From: Octopus sinensis
Lineage: Eukaryota
DNA length: 11,108 nucleotides
Direction of reading: 5' to 3'
NCBI RefSeq assembly: GCF_006345805.1
Contig: NW_021827090.1
Span: forward strand, 1-11,108
Position 1 is the stretch's first letter, and each line of letters starts with the position of its first letter. This document shows, piece by piece, positions 1 to 8,176 of this stretch. The notes beneath the pieces were generated by a model. It ran no database searches, was not told the DNA's origin, and saw nothing but the letters and a program-made list of their open reading frames with translations. Both the position numbers and the translations under genes were made by a program.

Positions 1-314
1 TTCTAGGGAAAAAAATTCTTTCTTACAATGGCATATGTCTCAAATACGAAAAAATATGTCCAAATGTTATTGATATTTCTCTACAAAGGAGAGAAATATT
101 TTAAATACTGTGCTAAGACAAGATCTACAAAGATATCATTGCTTTTTGTGCAAACGAGAAATACTTTCCAATAGGTAACTACGTACGAGAATAAATCTCA
201 ATATCGCATATGATTGTATTCTTTAACTTGAAATCAGTTATTGGGCAGCGACCTTTTTGATGTATCTATTTAAAGGGTTCTGTTTTAGCTGATAATGTCC
301 ACCTTAGTTCTGTG

Positions 315-356
315 ACCGGTGTTTATCCTATCGACCACGAAAGGTGGGAAAAACAA
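315..356 (-). mobile_element. Degenerate relic of the SINE central domain also seen at 9606-9656
   Basis: accggtgtttatcctatcgaccacgaaaggtgggaaaaacaa aligns by eye to the reverse complement of 9606-9656 (actggtactttatttatcgaccctgaaaggatgaaaagcaaa). Confidence 0.5.
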
Positions 357-440
357 GAAAAACCACGTCCCCCAAAAAGGACGCAAATGAAAGACATGTT
401 TGTTGGTACATCGATCCTATCGTACACCACACACATTCAC

Positions 441-486
441 ATATATTATGTATATATGATATATATATATATATATTATATATTAT

Positions 487-545
<59 letters not shown>
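441..545. repeat. Compound (TA)n-(TG)n microsatellite
   Basis: Imperfect TA run to ~520, then pure TG run to 545. Confidence 0.97.
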
Positions 546-981
546 ATGTAAGGACATAAAAGCATATCTGGTAAAAGAAAAACAGTAAATATAACCAGCA
601 TTACACGGTTTACCCTGCACATAATTGCATCATATATAAGGTTACAAACGATTCAGCCTTTGTGTTGCAGAAAAGTTTCATATACCATTCAACAAAAAGT
701 TGGTTACTTTACCCAATGCTAGAAATCGCATCATTAAATATTTTTCATCACAGGAGTGAACGCACGGACATGTTTTTATAAAGAGTTAATCCTAAAATCA
801 AGCGTTGATTGAAGCACTCAAGAGATTTATTTTTACATGGAAGAAATAGTCAGAGACTTGAAAGTTTCGCTCATCGTTGGTATTGTAAGATTAACGAAAC
901 CAGTAACCGGCAAACCTTAAAGTCACAGTCTATCTTTTTCTTGTAAAACGACATATAAGTGTACGTCTGCTTATGTATAGA

Positions 982-1149
982 GGTGCAGGCGAGGCTGTAT
1001 GGTAAGAAGCTTGTTTACCAACCACGTAGTACCAGGTTCAGTTCTACTGCGTGGCACCTAGCGCAAGTGTCTTCTAGTATAGCTTCGGGCCGACCTAAGC
1101 CTTATGACGCGATTCGGTTGACCGAAACTGAAACAAGCCTATCATATAT
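982..1149 (+). mobile_element. tRNA-derived SINE, octopus type (family A, copy 1)
   Basis: A-box-like aggctgtatgg (~992-1002), B-box-like ggttcagttct (1035-1045), body gtggcacctagcgcaagtgtcttctagtatagc, tail gaaactgaaacaagcc running into simple repeat. Matches my recollection of an abundant octopus SINE; a second inverted copy lies at 1471-1640. Confidence 0.85.
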
Positions 1150-1174
1150 GACAGATAGATAGAGAGAGATAGAC

Positions 1175-1245
<71 letters not shown>

Positions 1246-1383
1246 GAGAGAGATAGAGAGAGAGAGGGGGGAGATATAGCTAGACAGACAGGCAGACGGA
1301 CAGATAGATAGATTGATTGATAGATAGAGAGATAGATAGATAGACAGACAGACAGATAGATAGACAGACAGACAGACATACAA

Positions 1384-1456
<73 letters not shown>

Positions 1457-1460
1457 AGAC
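1150..1460 (+). repeat. (GATA)n/(GACA)n/(GA)n compound microsatellite
   Basis: Directly visible; explains the YLSI-type ORFs on the minus strand. Confidence 0.98.
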
Positions 1461-1470
1461 ACGTTAGGTT

Positions 1471-1640
1471 TCCTTATAGTTTGCTTCTATAAAATTTACT
1501 CAGAAGGCATTGGTCAGCTCCTGGCTAGAATAGAAACACTTAACTACAGTGCTGCGCAATGAAATTGAACCCGAAACCACGGAGTTGCAACTTAGCTGCA
1601 AAGCAAACTTCTTAACCACACAGGGAGGCCTCCGCATCCT
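1471..1640 (-). mobile_element. tRNA-derived SINE (family A, copy 2, inverted, more diverged)
   Basis: Reverse complement aligns to 982-1149 (aaggcattggtcagctcctggctagaatagaaacactt vs aagtgtcttctagtatagcttcgggccgacctaagcctt); minus-strand B-box gggttcaattt ~1562-1572; 11-nt insertion cttagctgcaa at 1591-1601. Confidence 0.8.
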
Positions 1641-2049
1641 TGAAAGATAAAACAAATAAGACATAATTAAATAAAAGAAGATGTTACTTTACAAATATTT
1701 GTACGAATTAGGAAACGAAAGAAAAAATACTAACATAAAGATAACGAAAAGCAGAGTGAACTTGATATTCCGGTCGATGCGTGGCTGGGCCCTTTCCAAA
1801 ACAAGCCGATGGGAGATGCAAGCAGCTCATATTTCGGTAAGATTGCACGCAGGAATGGCCCCACGGTTCAATAATCGATCAGCTAGATACACTAAGAAAC
1901 AAATTGAATCAAATTTTTGAAAGTTTTCCATCTCCTTAAAAGCAACTCGAAAAGTCTGTTTTATAATATTTTCTTTCGCTAACATCAACAGCCATCGCAT
2001 GAACCAAAACGAAAGTAACTACGTAAAGAAGACAAGAGTAACCTCTACT

Positions 2050-2110
2050 ACAATAGCTGCAACAACAACAATAATAACAATAATAGCAACCACTATAAAT
2101 ACAACAACAA
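2050..2110. repeat. Degenerate (AAC)/(AAT) trinucleotide tract
   Basis: acaacaacaacaataataacaataatagcaaccac... visible. Confidence 0.8.
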
Positions 2111-2179
2111 GAGTAGGAGCGGCAATACTGGCCCATATGGTACTGATGTTTCTCTCAGGCCCAGGCCAGGGATACTCAC

Positions 2180-2235
2180 GTATCATGTTGCAGTAGCGTT
2201 GCTCAAAATAACTGATAATCGATCAGCAAGACGTA
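2180..2235 (-). other. Candidate 56-nt exon (minus strand)
   Basis: Minus strand: tttcatttaatttatctccag|tacgtc...gcaacATGatac|gtgagt. Stops in all three frames, so only possible as a terminal/non-coding exon or a start-codon exon (CAACATG context). Confidence 0.25.
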
Positions 2236-2340
2236 CTGGAGATAAATTAAATGAAATTCGCGAAGCTTTTACTTTTTATGTCCTTGAAAATACGTGGTAA
2301 AATTCCATTCCATTTACTGATCATTTTCTTCTTCTACAAG

Positions 2341-2607
2341 ATGGTCACCACCACCAGCACAACGACGAGACCGACGATTGTCACGACGACGAGACCGACG
2401 ATTGTCACGACGACGAGACCGACGATTGTCACGACGACGAGACCGACGATTGTCACGACGACGAGACCGACGATTGTCACGACGACGACCACCACCACCA
2501 CGACCATCACCACCAACAAAAACAACAATGGAGGCGCAATGGCCCAGTGGTTAGGGCAGCAGACTCGCGGTCGTAAGAACGCGGTTTCGATTCCCAGACC
2601 GGGCATT
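2341..2607 (+). other. Candidate symmetric 267-nt cassette exon (Thr-rich repeat plus SINE head)
   Basis: Acceptor actgatcattttcttcttctacaag|ATG, donor att|gtgagt at 2608; 89 codons, only the phase-0 frame is open (MVTTTSTTTRPTIV...RPGI). Confidence 0.25.
2359..2478 (+). repeat. 24-bp minisatellite, 5 copies (acgacgacgagaccgacgattgtc)
   Basis: Units start at 2359, 2383, 2407, 2431, 2455; four identical, the first has one mismatch; no spacers; decays into ACG/ACC/AAC triplets to ~2529. Confidence 0.98.
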
Positions 2608-2720
2608 GTGAGTGTTTATTGAGCATAAGCACCTAAGCTCTACGAGGCTCCGGCCTCGGGGTGGTGGTGAACTCCGCTGTACTCTTTCACCACAACTTTC
2701 TCTCACTCTTTCTTCCTACT
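2530..2720 (+). mobile_element. tRNA(Arg-like)-derived SINE, octopus OR-type (family B), 3'-truncated
   Basis: Perfect A-box TGGCCCAGTGG 2540-2550, anticodon-arm-like gactcgcggtc, B-box gtttcgattcc 2584-2594, then tgtttattgagc...ctctttcaccacaactttctctcactctttc as I recall the family; the rest of the recalled body is absent. Confidence 0.85.
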
Positions 2721-2889
2721 TCTTCCACAAAGCAGAGGAACCATGGTGTAACCCATTATGGTGTAGTGAACTTTCAGACCCTAGTTTAGATTGCGAATCC
2801 TCTGTACCCCAGGATGGTTCAGCTCTCCACCCACTAAAAAAAAAGCCACCGTTTACAGAATGAGGATAACAACGTAGCTTTTCGCGCTG

Positions 2890-3085
2890 TGGTTTTAAGG
2901 ATATCGCGAAAGGCCTGGTTTGAGGTCTAACCTTCCAAGTTCTTTTATAGGGTTTAGAAAATCTGAAGGCCCACTACAATGAATGTGTAAATCTGAGAGG
3001 GGAATATGTTGAATAAAATCATAATTAACTGATCCTCCTGTATTTTCTTTGACCCAAAGCCAGGAATTTTCTGCATCCCCTCGTA
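2890..3085 (+). mobile_element. Mariner-derived MITE/remnant, left TIR largely lost
   Basis: 2951-3016 translates GLENLKAHYNECVNLRGEYVE*, the mariner transposase C-terminal pattern (G...L..RW.KC+...G.Y.E*); right TIR aaagccaggaattttctgcatcccctcg plus TA at ~3056-3085 (reverse complement begins tacgagggg, an irritans-like mariner end). Confidence 0.85.
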
Positions 3086-3382
3086 TATACATACAAGTAC
3101 ATACATATATAGCATCAACAAATAAAGGAATATTATGACCAACTACTTACGTTATTTTGTGAACCTTTAAAAAATCCCATTGCTAAGAAAGCTGACACAC
3201 CCAAAGTATTAAATACTTGGCTAAACTTTGAACATTGACCCTTATTCTCAAAATAAATTATTAAACACAATAAAACTAAAATTCTATCTACCTCCCTACA
3301 TTCATTTGTGAACTCCTAAAAAGCAGCTCTATGACCTGAAGCTGACAAACCTAAATGTACACACCTGTTTATAAAGTTCTAC

Positions 3383-3679
3383 ATGCGTGAAAGCGCATGA
3401 CTCACTGGACAGAACGTCGGGCACACAATCATGAGAGAGGGAGTTTTCACGTCGCCCAAGTTCATTTAGCTGTAGAAATGAGTTGCAACATCGCTGGTGC
3501 CAAACTGAATCATCCTTTGCATTTCTCTTGGATAACATCTGTGGCGTGGAGAGGGGAGCTGGTATGCATGGACGACTGCTGGTCTTCCATAACCAACCTT
3601 AACCGAAATTGTGCCTCGGAGGGGAACTTTCTTGGTGCAATCCCATGGCTATTCATGACCGAAGGGGGTCTTTTCCCTT
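3383..3679 (+). mobile_element. tRNA-derived SINE (family C), internally deleted
   Basis: Head gcgtgaaagcgcatgactcactgg (degenerate A-box 3398-3408); body agctgtagaaatgagttgc...gagaggggagctggtatgcatgg...ggtgcaatcccatgg..catgaccgaagggggtc matches a recalled octopus SINE; B-box region missing at ~3445. Confidence 0.8.
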
Positions 3680-4037
3680 ACATGCATGAATAAATTATGA
3701 ACAACAATATGACACCAAATTAATAAAAATTTCTCCAAACCACCTCCTCTCCGTCACAACGTGCCCTACGACCTAATTATCCTTCAACAAAACTCCATTT
3801 ATCCGACGGAAATATTTTATCTCAACAGAGATTATATAACGACAAAGATTAACTCAAATGCATCATAGTCCGATGAGGGATTAGCTGGCTGAAACTTCGA
3901 AGTGACTGTCAATATTATTCTCGTTCAAGAATAATAAATTTCTACCAAACAATATTATAAAGTAATCCTCCAGATTAATATAAAATGATTTTTATTATCC
4001 TTGAATATAAAAACAAGCATTAATACATAGACAAATA

Positions 4038-4046
4038 CATGTATGC

Positions 4047-4079
<33 letters not shown>

Positions 4080-4152
4080 TGTATGTATGTATGTATGTAT
4101 GTATGTATGTATGTGTGTTTGTGTGTGTGTTTGTGTGTGTGTATGTATGTAT
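4038..4152. repeat. (TATG)n with TG interruption
   Basis: Directly visible. Confidence 0.97.
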
Positions 4153-4497
4153 GTCATTATTCAGTTTTATTCCAAGATTTCTTGCCAATAGCGAAAGAAC
4201 CGATTTCTAACCTAGACCCAAGGCTCCTTCATTAGAATTTCAACATCAACAACAGGGTATTTTTATAAGTATGTATGTATGTATGTATGTATGTATGTAT
4301 GTATGTATGTATGTATGTATGTATGTATGTATGTATGTATGCAGGGTTTCATGTTTTGCTTTAAGTGTATATTCTCCTGCATGTAGTTGCATATCTAGAC
4401 ATGTTCATATGTATTTAAATGACAAACTTCTGTAAAGTTTTATAGATTTTTACAGTTCCATCGATGGATTGGATCTGTAGTCTTTGAATTAGCTTTC

Positions 4498-4498
<1 letters not shown>
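4153..4498 (-). mobile_element. 5'-truncated 3' end of a non-LTR retrotransposon (probable RLE type) with internal (CATA)n at 4270-4341
   Basis: Minus strand 4498->4415 reads RKLIQRLQIQSIDGTVKIYKTLQKFVI*, resembling the LQK.A+LGT..I+R..L C-terminal motif of RLE-bearing LINEs; then UTR, AATAAA (4171-4166) and a (CATA)n tail from 4152. Confidence 0.55.
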
Positions 4499-4529
<31 letters not shown>

Positions 4530-5485
4530 TGTATGATGTTATGTATGTCTGTAGTACTTATGCTGCATGTATGTATGTATGTATGTATGTATGTTGTATG
4601 TATGTATGTATGTATGTATGTAGTATGCATGCATGCATGCATGCATGCATGCATGTATGTACGTATGTATGTATGTATGTATGTATGTGATCATGAATGC
4701 ATGCATTTGTGTTTGTATGTATGTAATGTATGTATGTATGCGTGTGTATGTATGTACATACGTGCACATGTATTATGTATGTATGTATGTGTGTAAGTTT
4801 GTATGTATATGTGTGTATGTATGTATGCATGTATTTCTGAGTATGTATGTAGTATTAATATATCCATGTATGCATGTATGCAAGTATGTATGTATACATG
4901 CATGGATACTTTCGTGCATATATATATGTATGTGTCTATATGTACGTACGTCTGTATGTATATATGTATGCATGTTTATGTATGTGTGTCTATATCTACA
5001 TACGTACGTATGTATGTATGTTTATGTATGTGTGTCTATATGTGCGTACGAACGTACGCATGTATGTATGTATGTATGTATGTTATGTACGTATGTATGC
5101 ATGTACGCATGTATGTATGTTATGTATGTATGTATGCATGTACGTATGTATGTATGTATGTATGTATGTATGTATGTATGTATGTATTATGTATGCATGT
5201 ACGTATGTATGTTTGTATGCATGTACGTATGTATGTATGTATGTATGTATTATGTATGTATGTATGTATGCATGTACGTATGTATGTATGTATGTATGTA
5301 TGTATGTATGTATGTATGTATGTATGCATGTACGTATGTATGTATGTATGTATGTATGTATGTATGTATGTATGTATGTATGTATGTATGTTGTATGTAT
5401 GTATGTATGTATGTATGTATGTATGTATGTATGTATCTATGTATGTATGTATGTATCTATGTATGTATGTATGTACGTATGCATG
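4499..5485. repeat. ~1 kb compound (TATG)n array with CATG/TACG/TGTG variants
   Basis: Directly visible; explains all MYVC/IHTY ORFs at 4415-5609. Confidence 0.98.
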
Positions 5486-5920
5486 TGTTTATATTACATA
5501 TCCCAGGCGAACAGACTCAACGCAATATATTTTTGCGTTAGCAAGCGACATGTTATATTCTCTCAACAGATATAAACGCTTGTCGTCAGCCATTTTCCCC
5601 ACCAACTAATCTAACGAAATTAGGTTAGGGAACATATTATGAAGAACAACGCTGAATTCCGTGCCATCCTATTAGCGTTTCACAAATCTTTGATTGGAAA
5701 CGATATCAATATTATCAAAAAAGTGGTTCTCAGTTTCATAGAGTTCCCTGGAACTCAGCCATATTTTTCTAACATTCGACAGTTCCCACTGATCATTATT
5801 ATCGCGGAATCGACTGAAGATGACAGACACGTAAAGGAAAAATAATATATGGAGATATCAGTTCGTTTCTTCATATCTTGTAACAATATAGTTTGCAAAT
5901 ACTATCTTTCTGCTAGTCCC

Positions 5921-5960
5921 TCTGTCTGTCTGTCTGTCTGTCTGTATATATGTAGGCCCG

Positions 5961-6058
<98 letters not shown>

Positions 6059-6090
6059 CATCTATCTATCCATCTATCTATCTATCTATC
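5921..6090. repeat. (TCTG)n/(TCTA)n microsatellite
   Basis: Directly visible. Confidence 0.97.
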
Positions 6091-6099
6091 TTTTTTTTT

Positions 6100-6175
6100 T
6101 AATACCTTCAAAAGAAAAGCTCTACCTTGTAATTTGTTCTATCTGTGTCAGCCCTGTGTGGCTAATAAAGAAACA

Positions 6176-6178
<3 letters not shown>
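6100..6178 (+). mobile_element. Short retroposon 3' terminus inserted in (TATC)n
   Basis: Ends gccctgtgtggctAATAAAgaaacatat then (ATCT)n; similar to the tail of the SINE at 9519-9732 (ccttgtgggcAATAAAgaaatatat). Confidence 0.5.
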
Positions 6179-6251
<73 letters not shown>

Positions 6252-6284
6252 CATCTATCTATCATCTACCTATCTATCTATCTA

Positions 6285-6323
<39 letters not shown>

Positions 6324-6383
6324 ATCAATCTATCTATCTATCCATCTATATCTAATCTATCTATCTATCTATCTATCTATCTC

Positions 6384-6422
<39 letters not shown>
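6176..6422. repeat. (TATC)n microsatellite
   Basis: Directly visible. Confidence 0.98.
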
Positions 6423-6423
<1 letters not shown>

Positions 6424-6610
6424 GGCTGTGATTTCGTTATCTTCTTTCTCTTTACCATATACGGGTTACAAATTCTGTTTGTTTCTGGAGACTTATTTTT
6501 CTAGTAGTAGTAATGGTAACCTATTTGGCTGCTATTTCTAATATTTTTGGTATGTGGTTGAAGCAACTTGTTGCAAGTAACCATTTATTATAATTATATA
6601 TAATCCTTAC

Positions 6611-6642
6611 CGAATATGGTCATTTCCATACCGAAAAATCTA
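6611..6642 (-). other. Candidate 29/32-nt exon (NAGNAG acceptor)
   Basis: Minus strand: aaatttcacctag|tag|atttttcggtatggaaatgaccatattcg|gtaagg; open frame (R)FFGMEMTIF. Confidence 0.2.
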
Positions 6643-6687
6643 CTAGGTGAAATTTATTAATTTTATTAAATTAATTATGTGTATACA

Positions 6688-6690
<3 letters not shown>

Positions 6691-6765
<75 letters not shown>

Positions 6766-6845
6766 GTATATATGCATGTATGATGTATGTATGCATACAT
6801 GCATATATATATATATAATTTCATATATATGCATACATACATACA
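6691..6845. repeat. (TC)n-(TA)n-(TATG/CATA) compound microsatellite
   Basis: TC 6691-6727, TA to ~6758, then mixed. Confidence 0.95.
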
Positions 6846-6876
6846 GACGCACTCATATAAAGGCATGCATACTTAC

Positions 6877-6942
6877 AAGGACACAATGAAAAGTGAATTA
6901 CTCATTTCTTGTAAATATTTTACAGCACGTATAAGGTGACAA
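6877..6942 (-). other. Candidate symmetric 66-nt exon
   Basis: Minus strand: gCTAACaatttccccaag|ttgtcacc...gtgtcctt|GTAAGT; only one frame open ([21 protein letters not shown]). Confidence 0.3.
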
Positions 6943-6972
6943 CTTGGGGAAATTGTTAGCACACTTAGTGGC

Positions 6973-6973
<1 letters not shown>

Positions 6974-7061
<88 letters not shown>

Positions 7062-7225
7062 TACATACATATATATGTGTGTATATATATATATGTATGT
7101 ATGTATTTATGGATATATGTATATATGTATGTATGTATGTATATATATAAATGTATATATACACATATATAGACATAAATACGTGTCATATATGCATATT
7201 TATATATTTATATATATATATGTAC
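6974..7225. repeat. Imperfect (TA)n tract with TG/CA variants
   Basis: Directly visible. Confidence 0.95.
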
Positions 7226-7567
7226 ACATATTGCGAACGTATTAAACGGAGTTAAAATCAAGTGATCGATAATTGCGAACAGTGAACTTATAGCAGATTG
7301 TGACTGCAGCTGAAATATCGAACGATCATCAATTTTAAATACAGACAATGACGGCGATGACCAAGGCCGATGAACACGACGATGTCGATGACGTTGTTGA
7401 CGATGAGGGTGACGATGTGGGGTGGAGTAGGGTGTGGTGGGGGTGGTCTTTGAAGCTGACGCTGACGGCGATTGGTATTGATTTAATTTACTTATGCACT
7501 TCGAGAAGTAGTAGTGAATTGGTTTTTATCGGATTGGATTGGTCGTCTGAATCTGTCGCTTGGTTTT

Positions 7568-7607
<40 letters not shown>

Positions 7608-7680
7608 TTATCATCATCATCGTCATCATCGTCATCATCGTCGTTAATATGACAATCATCATGATCATCATGAACATCAC

Positions 7681-7715
<35 letters not shown>

Positions 7716-7915
7716 CTATCATCATCGTCATCGTCATCATCGTCATCATCGTCATCATCGTCATCATCGTCATCATCATCATCATCATCATCATCATCGT
7801 TGGCATCGTCAACGTTGCCACCACCACCACCACCACCTCCTCCACTATCACCTCCAACACCACCACAACCACCACCACCACCACCGTCGCCGCCACCACT
7901 ACCACCACTACTTAC
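7568..7915. repeat. Compound trinucleotide array (GTC)n->(ATC/GTC)n->(ACC)n
   Basis: Directly visible; explains poly-R/H, poly-I/T, poly-D and poly-M ORFs. Confidence 0.97.
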
Positions 7916-8176
7916 AACACCAACCACGTCCATTACATTGTAATGAATCATTTTTCGATCACAGAATTTTGATTCGTTCCCACATAAATACTCCTGCCTT
8001 CACCTATTTATGTACTCCATGAATCTATACTCATGATTGAATACCCTATATTTATACTCATTACCAAAAGAATCCCTGTAAATCGGAAAATTTTTTATCA
8101 TGAGTAAAAATTATTTGCTGTGCAACAGACATCATTTGCAATGTCCAAGACATTCCCCCGCCCCCACCGCCTCTGT

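Noticed and set aside
1755-1842. Plus-strand exon ending at tcg|gtaaga (SELDIPVDAWLGPFQNKPMGDASSSYF)
   Set aside because: Purine-rich, poor acceptor and no recognisable product.
2359-2478. CRISPR-like 24-bp direct repeats
   Set aside because: Head-to-tail with no spacers, eukaryotic context, no cas genes.
2530-2605. tRNA-Arg gene
   Set aside because: Continues into a SINE body and has no convincing acceptor stem; it is a SINE head.
2251-2622. Single-exon secreted mucin ORF (MKFAKLLLF...)
   Set aside because: C-terminus is SINE-derived and the core is a minisatellite; retained only as a candidate cassette exon.
5519-5539. 7-bp hairpin aacgcaa/ttgcgtt as a Helitron end
   Set aside because: No CTRR terminus nearby; short stem likely chance.
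4415-5609. Long ORFs (up to 302 aa) of MYVC/IHTY type, likewise at 1095-1462, 5849-6431, 6873-7189, 10153-10986
   Set aside because: Pure translations of TATG, GATA and TA microsatellites.
7492-7972. Poly-Asp/Gly ORF resembling acidic biomineral proteins, plus overlapping poly-M/I/R/H ORFs
   Set aside because: Several frames open only because of triplet repeats; no signal peptide or unique domain.
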